Positions 32,923 through 43,502 of a stretch of 64,000 nucleotides of DNA are shown piece after piece (the stretch's first letter is position 1; each line of letters opens with the position of its first letter). Origin of the DNA: Stappia sp. GTDB lineage: Bacteria; Pseudomonadota; Alphaproteobacteria; Rhizobiales; Stappiaceae. A program made the position numbers and the translations under genes. The notes beneath the pieces were generated by a model. It worked only from the letters and a program-made list of their open reading frames with translations. It was not told the origin of the DNA and did not search any database. Location of the stretch: assembly GCF_965228715.1 (NCBI RefSeq), contig NZ_OZ245833.1; one strand, written 5' to 3'.

Positions 32923-33280
32923 TTCGCATTCGGCCGGATCGCCCCGGGACACGCTGCCGGGATCCCGTCCCGCAGCGCCGCCCCCGCAACGGATCCGCGC
33001 ATGTGTCCGGCAACACCACCCGGTTCGACCGGGCAAGCTGCGGATCGCTCTGTGACACATCCTGTCATCTGAGTCCAATATAAGGACGGTCACGGCAACA
33101 TCCAGCCTCGATGATGGCCGGAACCGTCTCGTTCGCGCAATCATCGCGGCCTTGTGCGCGAGACGGGCTCGCAATCCCCGCGATGATCGCCTACCTGTGG
33201 GGTGCGGACCCGCCGAACGGCCTTACCGTCACCGGTCGGCGTCCGCGACAACCTGCAACCGGGACACCTGCGCGCCAACC

Positions 33281-33847
33281 ATGCCCATCGGTCTTATCAT
33301 CCTTCTGCTGCTCATCGGCCTTCCGCTCGTCGAGATCACGGTCTTCATCCAGGTCGGCTCCGAGATCGGCGCGCTCTGGACCATCCTGCTCACGGTCGCC
33401 ACCGCGATCGCGGGATCGCTCATGCTGCGCATCCAGGGACTGACTCTCCTGACGAGAATGCGCGGCGAGATGGATCGCGGCGAGGTGCCCGGCGCCGATC
33501 TCGTGGAAGGCGCGCTCATGGTCGTCGCCAGCATCCTGCTGCTCATTCCAGGCTTCGTGACCGACGCGTTCGGCCTGCTGCTCTTCGTGCCGCCGGTGCG
33601 CAGGATCATCGCCGGTCAGGTCATCCGCAACGCCCGCGTCACCGTGGTGCGCGCCGAGGCGCAGCGCCGGGGCGGGGGCGCGGGCGTCGTCGACCTGGAC
33701 GCGGACGACTGGGAGACCAAGGACGGCGGCGCGGGACGGCGCGGACCCTCGTCCGGCGGATCGTCGCCCTGGATTTCCGACGGTCGCAACCCGGACGGTC
33801 GCAACCCGGACGGCCGCAACCCGGGCGGGAACCGCGAGCCGGATTAA
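33281..33847 (+). CDS. fxsA: FxsA-family membrane protein
   Basis: LPLVEITVFIQVG, LLLIPGFVTDAFG. Confidence 0.9.
   Translation: MPIGLIILLLLIGLPLVEITVFIQVGSEIGALWTILLTVATAIAGSLMLRIQGLTLLTRMRGEMDRGEVPGADLVEGALMVVASILLLIPGFVTDAFGLLLFVPPVRRIIAGQVIRNARVTVVRAEAQRRGGGAGVVDLDADDWETKDGGAGRRGPSSGGSSPWISDGRNPDGRNPDGRNPGGNREPD
33779..33823 (+). repeat. Three 15-bp tandem copies GACGG(T/C)CGCAACCCG encoding DGRNP x3
   Basis: Read directly at the 3' end of fxsA. Confidence 0.92.
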
Positions 33848-33920
33848 CCCTTCCTGTACGCATTGCTCCTAGCATACCGGTCCGTGTGCGGGGGGCCGGA
33901 CGCAGAACAAGGGATCGGTC

Positions 33921-34967
33921 ATGGCCGAAGGAGGATCGCAGCGCGTCGACTGGGTCGATGCGGCGAAAGGCATCTGCATCATCTTTGTGGTGATGATGCA
34001 TTCGACCCTGGGGACCGAGAAGGCCGCCAACGCGACCGGCTGGATGGGGCATGTGGTCGAGTTCGCGCGCCCCTTCCGTATGCCGGACTTCTTCATGATT
34101 TCCGGCTTGTTCCTGGCCCAGGTCATCGACCGCCCATGGCGGCGCTATCTCGACCGCAAGGTCGTGCACTTCTTCTATTTCTACATCCTGTGGCTGACCA
34201 TCCAGTTCGCGTTCAAGGCGCCGGGAATGGCCGCCGAGGCGGGAAGCTGGCACGCGCCGCTTTCCGAATATCTTCTGGCCTATGTGCAGCCGTTCGGCAC
34301 GCTGTGGTTCATCTACATGCTGCCGGTGATGTTCGTGATCACCCGCGCGCTGCGCGAGGCCCGCGTGCCGTGGCAGGCGACGCTCGCGGCGGCGGCGGTC
34401 CTGCACCTCGCCCCGATCCACACCGGCTCCGTGCTGATCGACGAGTTCAGCTCGCGCTATGTCTTCTTCTTCTCCGGCTACATCTTCGCCGCGCGGGCTT
34501 TCGCCCTCGCCGCCTGGGCCCGCACCCATCTGCCGCTCGGCCTCGCCGGCCTCGGCGCATGGGCGCTGGTGAACGGCACGCTCGTCGCCCTCGGTTTCGC
34601 GGATCAGCCGCTCGTCAGCCTCGCGCTCGGCACCGCCGGCGCGCTTGCCGTCATCGTTACCGCGGCCCTGCTCACCGAGAGCGGACTGGCACGGCCGCTG
34701 GTTCACTGCGGCGAGAACTCGATCGTCATCTATCTCGCGTTCTTCCTGCCCATGGCGGTCACGCGCATCGTGCTCCTCAAGACCGGGATCATCACGGACA
34801 TCGGCACCATCTCGCTTCTGGTGACCACGGCCGGCGTGCTCGGGCCGCTGATCCTGTTCGAGATCGTGCGGCGCACGGGCCAGGGGTGGTTCCTGTTCCG
34901 CCGGCCGGCCTGGGCGCGGCTCGAGCCGGAAACGCCCCGGCCCCGGGCTCCGCAGGCGGCCGAATAG
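33921..34967 (+). CDS. Acyltransferase family 3 membrane protein
   Basis: WVDAAKGICIIFVV..H, FRMPDFFMISG, TLWFIYML. Confidence 0.88.
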   Translation: MAEGGSQRVDWVDAAKGICIIFVVMMHSTLGTEKAANATGWMGHVVEFARPFRMPDFFMISGLFLAQVIDRPWRRYLDRKVVHFFYFYILWLTIQFAFKAPGMAAEAGSWHAPLSEYLLAYVQPFGTLWFIYMLPVMFVITRALREARVPWQATLAAAAVLHLAPIHTGSVLIDEFSSRYVFFFSGYIFAARAFALAAWARTHLPLGLAGLGAWALVNGTLVALGFADQPLVSLALGTAGALAVIVTAALLTESGLARPLVHCGENSIVIYLAFFLPMAVTRIVLLKTGIITDIGTISLLVTTAGVLGPLILFEIVRRTGQGWFLFRRPAWARLEPETPRPRAPQAAE

Positions 34968-35039
34968 GCCGTACATAAACAGGGCAGGGACCGACATACG
35001 GTCTTTCCCTTCCTGGCGCGGGCGGGCATGATCCGCGCC

Positions 35040-38000
35040 ATGTCGAACGAAGCCGCCTCCGCCCTCACCGCCAACGACCACCTGATCCTGGTCGACGGCT
35101 CCACCTTCATCTTCCGCGCCTACCACGCGCTGCCGCCGCTGACCCGAAAGTCGGACGGCCTGCCGGTGGGCGCGGTCTCGGGCTTCTGCAACATGCTGTG
35201 GAAGCTGCTGCAGGAGGGGCTTTCGCCGGAGCCGGGCGACGAGCCCACGCACATGGCGGTGATCTTCGATCATTCGGCCAAGACGTTCCGCAGCGAGATC
35301 TACCCCGAGTACAAGGCGCAGCGCCCGGAGCCGCCGGAGGACCTGATCCCGCAGTTCGGTCTCATCCGCGAGGCCACGCGGGCGTTCTGCGTCCACTGCA
35401 TCGAGCAGGAGGGCTTCGAGGCCGACGACCTGATCGCCACCTACGCCCGGCAGGCGGCGGCGGCCGGGGCCAGGGTCACGATCGTGTCCGGCGACAAGGA
35501 CCTGATGCAGCTCATCGGGCCCCGCGTCTCCATGATCGACACGATGAAGAACAAGACCTTCGCCGAGGCGGACGTGTTCGAGAAATTCGGCGTCGGCCCG
35601 GACAAGGTGATCGAGGTGCAGTCGCTGGCCGGCGACAGCGTCGACAACGTGCCCGGCGTTCCCGGCATCGGCCTGAAGACGGCGGCCCTTCTCGTCAACG
35701 AGTTCGGCGACCTGGAAACGCTGCTCGGCAAGGCCGACACCATCAAGCAGAAGAAGCGGCGCGAGAACCTGATCGAGTTCGCGGAGCAGGCCCGGATCTC
35801 GAAGCAACTCGTCACGCTCAAGGACGACGTTCCGGTGGAGGATCCGGTCGGCGGCCTGAAGGTCACCGACTTCGACGCCACGCGGGCGATCGCCTTCCTC
35901 AAGGCGATGGAGTTCACCACGCTCACACGCCGGGTGGCGGAATCCGCCGGTCTCGAGGCCGGCGAGGTGACACCCGCCAGCTTCGCCATTCGCGGCTGGG
36001 ACGAGCCGGACGGCAAGGGCCGCCTGTCCCCGGCGGGCCCGGCGGCACGCGGCGAGGACGCCGGTGCGGGCACCACGGCGCCCGGAGGCGGGGCCTCCGG
36101 CGCGGGAGGCGGCGCGCCGGACACCTCGCAAGGCTCCACCACCGGCCCGTGGAGCGCACAGGCGCGCGCGGACGCCGCCGCTGCCGCCGCGATGGACACG
36201 CCCGTCGACACCTCGGCCTACGAGTGCGTTCGCGACATGGAGCGGCTCGGGGCCTGGATCGCCGAGGCGATCGAGCTCGGCGTCGTGGCGGTGGACACGG
36301 AAACCACCTCGCTCGACGCGATGCAGGCCGACCTCGTCGGCGTGTCGCTGGCCACCGCTCCGGGCAAGGCCTGCTACATCCCGCTCGCCCATGTGGACGG
36401 GGAAGGCGACCTGCTGGGTGGCGGCGGGCTCGTCGAGGGACAGATCCCGATCAGGGAGGCGCTCGACGCGCTGAAGGAGCTTCTCGAGCATCCCGGCGTC
36501 CTCAAGATCGCGCAGAACCTCAAATACGACTGGCTCGTGCTCAAGCGGCACGGCATCGAGGTCGCCCCCTTCGACGACACCATGCTGCTGTCCTACACGC
36601 TCGACGCGGGCAAGGGCGGCAACGGCATGGACGCGCTCGCCGAACGCTGGCTCGGCCACACCCCGATCCCCTTCAAGGACGTGGCGGGCTCGGGCAAGTC
36701 GATGATCACCTTCGACAAGGTGGCCATCGACACCGCGACCGCCTATGCGGCCGAGGACGCGGACGTGACGCTGCGCCTGTGGCAGATCCTCAAGCCACGG
36801 CTGGCGGCGGAGGGCATGACCACCGTTTACGAGCGGCTGGAACGGCCGATGGTGCCGGTCCTGGCGCGCATGGAGGCGCGCGGTATCTCCATCGACCGGC
36901 AGATGCTGTCCCGGCTTTCGGGCGATTTCGCGCAAGGCATGGCCGCTCTGGAGTCCGAGATCCACGAGATGGCGGGCGAGACCTTCAACATCGGCAGCCC
37001 GAAGCAGCTCGGCGACATCCTGTTCGGCAAGATGGGCCTTCCCGGCGGCAAGAAGACCAAGACCGGCGCCTGGTCGACCTCGGCGTCCGTTCTCGACGAT
37101 CTGGCCGCCGAAGGACACGAACTGCCCTCGCGCATCGTCGACTGGCGCCAGCTCTCAAAGCTCAAGTCGACCTATTCCGACGCGCTGCCGGGCTTCGTGA
37201 ACCCGGAGACGGGGCGCGTCCACACGTCCTATGCGCTCGCGGCGACCACCACGGGCCGCCTGTCGTCTTCCGAGCCGAACCTGCAGAACATTCCGGTGCG
37301 CACGGAAGCCGGGCGCAAGATCCGCAAGGCCTTCATCGCGGAAGAGGGCATGAAGCTGGTCTCGGCCGACTACAGCCAGATCGAGCTGCGCGTGCTGGCC
37401 CACATGGCCGACATCGGCCAGCTCAAGCAGGCCTTCGCCAACGGGCTCGACATTCACGCGCTCACCGCCTCGGAGATGTTCGGCGTGCCGATCGAGGGCA
37501 TGGATCCCATGGTCCGCCGGCGGGCCAAGGCGATCAACTTCGGCATCATCTACGGCATCTCGGCCTTCGGCCTCGCCGCCCAGCTCGGCATTCCGCGCGG
37601 CGAGGCGGCGGAGTATATCTCCACCTACTTCAAGCGCTTCCCGGGCATTCGCGACTACATGGACGAGACCAAGGCCTTCGTTCACGCCCATGGCTACGTG
37701 ACGACCATCTTCGGTCGCCATGCCCACTATCCCGACGTCAACACCAAGAACCCGAACATGCGCGCCTTCTACGAGCGCGCGGCGATCAATGCGCCCATCC
37801 AGGGTTCGGCCGCCGACATCCTGCGCCGCGCCATGCTGCGCATGGAGGAACGCCTGTCGGCCTCGACGCTCTCGGCGAAGATGCTGCTGCAAGTGCATGA
37901 CGAGCTGATCTTCGAGGTGCCGGAAGCGGAAGTGGACAAGACCATCCCGCTCATCCGGGAGGTGATGGAGACCGCCGCCGAACCGGCCGTCACGCTCTCC

Positions 38001-38054
38001 GTGCCGCTGCAGGTGGACGCCCGCGCCGCCGACAACTGGGACGAGGCGCACTGA
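35040..38054 (+). CDS. polA: DNA polymerase I
   Basis: LVDGSTFIFRAYH, DTETT, QNLKYD, ADYSQIELR, AKAINFGIIYG, QVHDEL. Confidence 0.98.
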   Translation: MSNEAASALTANDHLILVDGSTFIFRAYHALPPLTRKSDGLPVGAVSGFCNMLWKLLQEGLSPEPGDEPTHMAVIFDHSAKTFRSEIYPEYKAQRPEPPEDLIPQFGLIREATRAFCVHCIEQEGFEADDLIATYARQAAAAGARVTIVSGDKDLMQLIGPRVSMIDTMKNKTFAEADVFEKFGVGPDKVIEVQSLAGDSVDNVPGVPGIGLKTAALLVNEFGDLETLLGKADTIKQKKRRENLIEFAEQARISKQLVTLKDDVPVEDPVGGLKVTDFDATRAIAFLKAMEFTTLTRRVAESAGLEAGEVTPASFAIRGWDEPDGKGRLSPAGPAARGEDAGAGTTAPGGGASGAGGGAPDTSQGSTTGPWSAQARADAAAAAAMDTPVDTSAYECVRDMERLGAWIAEAIELGVVAVDTETTSLDAMQADLVGVSLATAPGKACYIPLAHVDGEGDLLGGGGLVEGQIPIREALDALKELLEHPGVLKIAQNLKYDWLVLKRHGIEVAPFDDTMLLSYTLDAGKGGNGMDALAERWLGHTPIPFKDVAGSGKSMITFDKVAIDTATAYAAEDADVTLRLWQILKPRLAAEGMTTVYERLERPMVPVLARMEARGISIDRQMLSRLSGDFAQGMAALESEIHEMAGETFNIGSPKQLGDILFGKMGLPGGKKTKTGAWSTSASVLDDLAAEGHELPSRIVDWRQLSKLKSTYSDALPGFVNPETGRVHTSYALAATTTGRLSSSEPNLQNIPVRTEAGRKIRKAFIAEEGMKLVSADYSQIELRVLAHMADIGQLKQAFANGLDIHALTASEMFGVPIEGMDPMVRRRAKAINFGIIYGISAFGLAAQLGIPRGEAAEYISTYFKRFPGIRDYMDETKAFVHAHGYVTTIFGRHAHYPDVNTKNPNMRAFYERAAINAPIQGSAADILRRAMLRMEERLSASTLSAKMLLQVHDELIFEVPEAEVDKTIPLIREVMETAAEPAVTLSVPLQVDARAADNWDEAH

Positions 38055-38075
38055 CCCGTCGCCCCGCGCGGGACC

Positions 38076-38636
38076 TCAGTCGAGGTCGTCCGCGCGCTCG
38101 CCGGGTGCGATGCGTCTGAGGTCGGTGACGCCGGCCTCGTCCAGCAGGCGTGCCTCGACCGCCGAAAGCCCCGCCTCCAGCGCCCGGAGCGCCTCCGGCC
38201 CGAGTTCGCGGCACAGGGATTTCTGGTAGGAGCGGGCAAGCCCGGCAAGCTCGCGGTAGACCGCCTCTCCCGATGCGGTGAGTTCCAGGTGCTCGATCCG
38301 CCGGTCGGCCTCGTCCGCCCTGCGCGACAGCCAGCCGCGCGCCTGAAGCGCCGCAACGGCACGGCTCACCTTCGTCTTGTGCATGGTCGAGCGGCGCGCG
38401 ATCTCCGTCGCCGTGGTCTGTCCCGCCTCGCCCAGGATGGCAAAGCAGCGCCATTCCTGCCGGGTGATGCCATGCGCGGCGCGATAGGCCTCGGCGAAGC
38501 GGCGGCTGACCAGTTCCGACGCGCGCACCAGCCGGTACGGCAGGAAGGCCTCGAGAACCAGGCGCTCGGCCCCGTCCACGATCCCGTCGTCCGCGCAGCC
38601 CCCCTGATCCGTCTCGTCTTTCTGGTGCATCGCCAT
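38076..38636 (-). CDS. MarR-family regulator of the hmg cluster
   Basis: FLPYRL, MHKTKVSRAV, DEADRR...LELT; divergent from hmgA. Confidence 0.9.
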   Translation of the reverse strand: MAMHQKDETDQGGCADDGIVDGAERLVLEAFLPYRLVRASELVSRRFAEAYRAAHGITRQEWRCFAILGEAGQTTATEIARRSTMHKTKVSRAVAALQARGWLSRRADEADRRIEHLELTASGEAVYRELAGLARSYQKSLCRELGPEALRALEAGLSAVEARLLDEAGVTDLRRIAPGERADDLD

Positions 38637-38686
38637 GCTCCCGCGCCCGGTCCGCACCCTGTCGGCAGGCGGGCGCGCCAATCCCT

Positions 38687-38729
38687 GTTGATAGTTACAA
38701 GCTAAACAGTTACATATGCAACTATCAAC
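38687..38729. promoter_or_regulatory. Inverted repeat operator region between marR and hmgA
   Basis: GTTGATAGTT (38687-38696) and AACTATCAAC (38720-38729) are exact reverse complements; inner AGTTAC-N4-GCAACT at 38708-38723. Confidence 0.7.
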
Positions 38730-38753
38730 CGTCTGCATCAGGAGGGATCAGAC

Positions 38754-40067
38754 ATGACGCTTTCCTACATGCCGGGCTTCGGCAACGATTTCGAGACGGA
38801 ATCGCTGCCCGGCGCCCTGCCCCAGGGCCAGAATTCACCCCAGCGCGCGCCTTACGGCCTCTATGCCGAGCAGCTTTCCGGCTCCCCCTTCACCGCGCCG
38901 CGCGGGACCAACGAACGCTCGTGGCTGTACCGCATCCGCCCGTCCGTGAAGCACTCGGGCCGCTACAAGCGCGTCGCGCTTCCCGCGTGGAAGAGCGCGC
39001 CGCATGTGGAGGAGCACACGCTCGCGCTCGGCCAGCTGCGCTGGGATCCGGTTCCCTATCCCTCGATCCCCACCACGTTCCTGGCCGGAATGCGCACCGT
39101 CACCACCGCCGGTGACGTGCATACCCAGGTGGGCATGGCCAGCCACGTCTATGTGGCGACCGCCGACATGGTCGACGAGTTCTTCTTCAACGCCGACGCC
39201 GAGCTTCTGATCGTGCCGCAGGAAGGCCGCCTCGAGGTCGCCACCGAGCTCGGCATCATGGAGGTGTCGCCCAAGGAGATCTGCGTGATCCCGCGCGGCA
39301 TGATCTTCCGGGTGCGCCTTCCGGACGGAAAGGCGCGCGGCTACGTCTGCGAGAACTACGGCGCCAAGTTCACCCTGCCGGACCGTGGTCCGATCGGCGC
39401 CAACTGTCTCGCCAATCCGCGCGACTTCAAGACGCCGGTCGCCTGGTACGAGGACAAGGACGGCGAGTGCCGGCTCATCGTGAAGTGGTGCGGCGAGTTT
39501 CACGAGACGACGCTCCAGGCCTCGCCTCTCGACGTGGTGGCCTGGCACGGCAACTACGCGCCCTACAAGTACGACCTGACCACCTATTCGCCGGTTGGGG
39601 CGATCCTGTTCGACCATCCCGATCCGTCGATCTTCACCGTGCTCACCGCGCCGTCGGGCGAGGAAGGCACGGCGAACATCGACTTCGTGATCTTCCCCGA
39701 ACGCTGGATGGTGGCGGAACATTCCTTCCGCCCGCCGTGGTACCATCGCAACATCATGTCCGAATTCATGGGCCTGATCTGCGGCCAGTACGACGCCAAG
39801 GAAGAGGGCTTCGTGCCGGGCGGCATGAGCCTGCACAACATGATGCTCCCGCACGGTCCGGACGCGGCCGGTTTCGAGAAGGCCAGCCGCGCCGATCTCA
39901 AGCCGGTGAAGCTGACCGACACGATGGCGTTCATGTTCGAGACCCGTTTCCCGCAGCACCTGACCCGGTTCGCGGCGGAGCTCGAAACCCTGCAGGACAA
40001 CTACATCGACTGCTGGGAGCCGCTGAAGAAGCGGTTCGACGGCACCATCGAAGGCAACTGGGACTGA
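38754..40067 (+). CDS. hmgA: Homogentisate 1,2-dioxygenase
   Basis: [45 protein letters not shown]. Confidence 0.97.
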   Translation: MTLSYMPGFGNDFETESLPGALPQGQNSPQRAPYGLYAEQLSGSPFTAPRGTNERSWLYRIRPSVKHSGRYKRVALPAWKSAPHVEEHTLALGQLRWDPVPYPSIPTTFLAGMRTVTTAGDVHTQVGMASHVYVATADMVDEFFFNADAELLIVPQEGRLEVATELGIMEVSPKEICVIPRGMIFRVRLPDGKARGYVCENYGAKFTLPDRGPIGANCLANPRDFKTPVAWYEDKDGECRLIVKWCGEFHETTLQASPLDVVAWHGNYAPYKYDLTTYSPVGAILFDHPDPSIFTVLTAPSGEEGTANIDFVIFPERWMVAEHSFRPPWYHRNIMSEFMGLICGQYDAKEEGFVPGGMSLHNMMLPHGPDAAGFEKASRADLKPVKLTDTMAFMFETRFPQHLTRFAAELETLQDNYIDCWEPLKKRFDGTIEGNWD

Positions 40068-40077
40068 GAGCGCACAC

Positions 40078-41094
40078 ATGAAACTCGCAACCCTTCGCGA
40101 CGGCAGCCGGGACGGCAAGCTCGTCCTCGTCAACCGGTCGCTGACCCGCTGCACCGACGCGGCACACATCGCGCCGACCCTGCAGGCGGCGCTTGATGCC
40201 TGGGACAAGGTGGCGCCGAAGCTCGCCACGCTCGCCGAAAGCCTCGAGCACGACGCGGTGCCCTCGTTCCGCTTCCACGAGCATGACGCCCTGTCGCCGC
40301 TGCCGCGCGCCTACCAGTGGGCGGACGGATCGGCCTACGTCAATCACGTGGAGCTGGTGCGCAAGGCCCGCAACGCTGAGATGCCGGCAAGCTTCTGGAC
40401 CGACCCGCTCATGTACCAGGGCGGTTCCGACAGCTTCCTCGCCCCGCGCGATCCGATCGTGATGGCCGACGAGGCCTATGGCATCGACATGGAGGGCGAG
40501 GTCGCCGTCATCACCGGCGACGTGCCGATGGGCGCGACCCACGAGGAGGCCGCCGCCGCGATCCGCCTCGTCATGCTGGTCAACGACGTCAGCTTGCGCG
40601 GCCTGATCCCGGCCGAGCTGGGCAAGGGCTTCGGGTTCTTCCAGTCCAAGCCGTCCTCCGCCTTCTCGCCGGTGACGGTGACGCCGGAGGAACTGGGCGA
40701 CGCGTGGGACGGCGGCAAGGTCTCGCTGCCGCTCCACGTCGACCTGAACGGCAAGCCCTTCGGCCGCGCGGAAGCCGGCGTCGACATGACCTTCGACTTC
40801 CCGACGCTTGTCGCCCATGCCGCGAAGACCCGTCCGCTGTCGGCGGGCACCATCGTCGGCTCGGGCACGGTGTCGAACAAGCTCGACGGCGGTCCCGGCA
40901 AGCCGGTCGCCGACGGCGGTGTCGGCTACTCCTGCATCGCCGAGATCCGCATGATCGAGACCATCGAGAGCGGCGCTCCCAAGACGCCCTTCATGCGCTT
41001 CGGCGACACGGTTCGCGTCGAGATGCTCGACCGCGAGGGTCATTCGATCTTCGGCGCCATCGAGCAGACCGTCGAGAAGTACGAAAAGGGCTGA
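40078..41094 (+). CDS. fahA: Fumarylacetoacetate hydrolase-family protein
   Basis: PLPRAYQWADGSAY, MYQGGSD, DMEGE, NDVSLR, FFQSKP, GSGTVSN. Confidence 0.88.
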   Translation: MKLATLRDGSRDGKLVLVNRSLTRCTDAAHIAPTLQAALDAWDKVAPKLATLAESLEHDAVPSFRFHEHDALSPLPRAYQWADGSAYVNHVELVRKARNAEMPASFWTDPLMYQGGSDSFLAPRDPIVMADEAYGIDMEGEVAVITGDVPMGATHEEAAAAIRLVMLVNDVSLRGLIPAELGKGFGFFQSKPSSAFSPVTVTPEELGDAWDGGKVSLPLHVDLNGKPFGRAEAGVDMTFDFPTLVAHAAKTRPLSAGTIVGSGTVSNKLDGGPGKPVADGGVGYSCIAEIRMIETIESGAPKTPFMRFGDTVRVEMLDREGHSIFGAIEQTVEKYEKG

Positions 41095-41232
41095 CGGCCC
41101 GCATCCGGGGGCGCGGTGCACCGCCGCCACGCCCCCGAAGCGCACGCGCGCGCCCCGCGTGCAGGCTTGCAGAGCGGACGAAACGTGGCCCCGGACCGCG
41201 ACGACAGCGGTCTCATTGCGAGGGGGATCCGG

Positions 41233-41751
41233 ATGAAGACGTTTTGGCTTGTTGCAGGTGTGCTTCTGCTGCCCGTTCCCGCCCTTGCGCTCGACGCGGG
41301 CGCTCCGGTGCGCGCCGTCATGGCCGCCGCCGAGGCGAACTGGTCCGACCAGCCAGGCGAGTACCAGGACTATTTCTCGAAAGAGAGGCTCGCCACGCTC
41401 TACAGCGCGGGCTTCGTTGCGCTCTATCGCGCGGCCTCCGACACGCCGTTCGCCAGGGAGGCGGGAACTCCCTTCGACTGGGACGTGATCGTCAACGCAC
41501 AGGACGGCTGCCCGCTGCAGAACCTGAGCGTGACCCCGTCCGGCCGGGAGGGCGATGCGACACTCGTCAGCGCCCGGTTCCAGAACATGACCTGTTTCGG
41601 CACCGATCCCGAGTATCAGGCCTACAGCGAGGCAACCTTCGTCGTCGTGGAGGAGGACGGCCGGGCCGTGATCGACGACATCGTCCAGACCATGGACGGG
41701 GAACGCCTGTCGCTGAGCGCGCAGATGCGGGAGATCGCCGGCCAGCAGTGA
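41233..41751 (+). CDS. Secreted hypothetical protein, possibly DUF3828-like
   Basis: Signal peptide MKTFWLVAGVLLLPVPALA; FDWDVIVNAQD and EEDGRAVIDDI resemble DUF3828 motifs. Confidence 0.55.
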   Translation: MKTFWLVAGVLLLPVPALALDAGAPVRAVMAAAEANWSDQPGEYQDYFSKERLATLYSAGFVALYRAASDTPFAREAGTPFDWDVIVNAQDGCPLQNLSVTPSGREGDATLVSARFQNMTCFGTDPEYQAYSEATFVVVEEDGRAVIDDIVQTMDGERLSLSAQMREIAGQQ

Positions 41752-41847
41752 GAATTCGCCTCCGGCGCCTGCCGGAGGACATGACGATGCGGGCGATGGA
41801 GGCGCCCGCGGCCGGACGGCGATGACGACCGGCCTTCGGGAGGACAC

Positions 41848-43485
41848 ATGACCAAGATCTTCGAGACACCGCTTTATCCCTATCGCCGGTCGGCCGACCA
41901 GGACGCGGACTCGCCCGTGCGCCACAAGGTGGTCGTGCTGGGGGCGGGGCCGGTCGGGCTCGCCGCCGCCATCGACCTCGTCCAGCAGGGCGTTTCCGTC
42001 GTCGTTCTCGATGAAAACGACAAGGTAAGCTGGGGGTCGCGCGCCATCTGCTTCGCCAAGCGTCCGCTGGAGATCCTCGACCGGCTCGGCTGCGGGCAGA
42101 AGATGGTCGAGAAGGGCGTGGTGTGGAACCTCGGCAAGGTCTTCTTCGGCGACCGCAAGGTCTACGACTTCAACCTGCTGCCGGAGGAGGGACACAAGCG
42201 CCCCGCCTTCATCAACCTGCAGCAATATTACCTGGAACTGCATCTGGTCGAGCGGCTGCTCGAACTCGCCGACGAGACCGGCCTGGTCGAGCTGCGCGGC
42301 GGCAACAGGGTCAACAATGTGACGCCTCTTGCGGACGGCGTGCGCCTCGACGTGGAGACGCCCGAGGGCGCCTATGCGCTCGAAGCGGACTGGCTGGTCG
42401 CCTGCGACGGTGCCGGATCGCCGACGCGCTCCCTGATGGGGCTCGATTTTCGCGGCCGGGTGTTCGAGGACAATTTCCTCATTGCCGACGTCGTGATGAA
42501 GGCGGACTTTCCCACCGAACGCTGGTTCTGGTTCGATCCGCCGTTCAACCGCGACCAGTCGGCCCTGCTTCACAAGCAGCCCGACGACGTGTGGCGCATC
42601 GATCTCCAGCTCGGCTGGGACATCGATCGCGAGGCGGAGAAGGACCCGGAGCGGGTGCGCGCGAAACTCAGGGCCATGCTCGGCGATGACGTCGAGTTCG
42701 AGCTCGAATGGGTCTCGATCTACACCTTCCAGTGCCGGCGGATGGAACGCTTCCGCCACGGGCGCGTGATCTTCGCCGGCGACGCCGCGCACCAGGTCTC
42801 GCCCTTCGGCGCGCGCGGGGCCAACTCCGGGTTCCAGGACACGGACAACCTGGCCTGGAAGCTCGCGCTGGTCATCGACGGCAAGGCCCCCGAGAGCCTG
42901 CTCGACACCTACGACCTCGAGCGCGTGCAGGCGGCCGACGAGAACATTCTCAACTCGACCCGCTCCACCGACTTCATCACGCCCAAAAGCCACGCCAGCC
43001 GGGTTTTCCGCGATGCCGTGCTGGAACTCGCCGAGCGACATGCCTTCGCACGCCCGCTGGTCAACTCGGGCCGCCTGTCGCTGCCGGCGACCCACGACGG
43101 TTCACCGCTCAACGGCACGCCGGAAAACGGCGACGACACGCGGGACCTGCCGGAGCGCACCAGGCCCGGCGCCCCGGCGAGCGACGCCCCGCTGTCCCGG
43201 GGCTTCCTCATCGACCGGCTCGGCAACGGCTTCACCCTGCTCGGCATCGGCATCGAGGTGCCGGACACGCTCAGGGTAGACGGCATTCCGGTGAAAGGCA
43301 TCAGCCTTGCCGCGGACGACGACCCGTCCGGTGCCCTGGCCGGGCGTTATCTGGGCGAGGCGAGGGCCGGCGTCTACCTGATCCGCCCGGACCAGCACGT
43401 CGCCGCCCGCTGGACCACGTTCGACACCGCCTGCGTGGAGCGTGCGCTCCGGCGCGCGGCAGGTCGCGCGGACCGGGCGGGATGA
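41848..43485 (+). CDS. FAD-dependent aromatic monooxygenase (PheA/MhpA-like)
   Basis: VLGAGPVGL, ACDGAGS, FAGDAAHQVSPFGARGANSG, LIRPDQHV. Confidence 0.9.
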   Translation: MTKIFETPLYPYRRSADQDADSPVRHKVVVLGAGPVGLAAAIDLVQQGVSVVVLDENDKVSWGSRAICFAKRPLEILDRLGCGQKMVEKGVVWNLGKVFFGDRKVYDFNLLPEEGHKRPAFINLQQYYLELHLVERLLELADETGLVELRGGNRVNNVTPLADGVRLDVETPEGAYALEADWLVACDGAGSPTRSLMGLDFRGRVFEDNFLIADVVMKADFPTERWFWFDPPFNRDQSALLHKQPDDVWRIDLQLGWDIDREAEKDPERVRAKLRAMLGDDVEFELEWVSIYTFQCRRMERFRHGRVIFAGDAAHQVSPFGARGANSGFQDTDNLAWKLALVIDGKAPESLLDTYDLERVQAADENILNSTRSTDFITPKSHASRVFRDAVLELAERHAFARPLVNSGRLSLPATHDGSPLNGTPENGDDTRDLPERTRPGAPASDAPLSRGFLIDRLGNGFTLLGIGIEVPDTLRVDGIPVKGISLAADDDPSGALAGRYLGEARAGVYLIRPDQHVAARWTTFDTACVERALRRAAGRADRAG

Positions 43486-43502
43486 GCAGGAGGGAACCCA
43501 CA

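Noticed and set aside
33779-33823. Short repeats as a possible CRISPR array
   Set aside because: Contiguous 15-bp coding units without spacers; no cas genes in the window.
36000-36200. Gly/Ala-rich insert in PolA as a possible intein or new domain
   Set aside because: No intein motifs; lies in the variable linker between the 5'-3' and 3'-5' exonuclease domains.
33639-37118. 1159-aa minus-strand ORF, and similar long ORFs at 7462..10176, 22339..25386, 27159..29924, 39931..43095, 51051..54491
   Set aside because: Antisense shadows of well-supported genes in high-GC DNA; no recognisable motifs.
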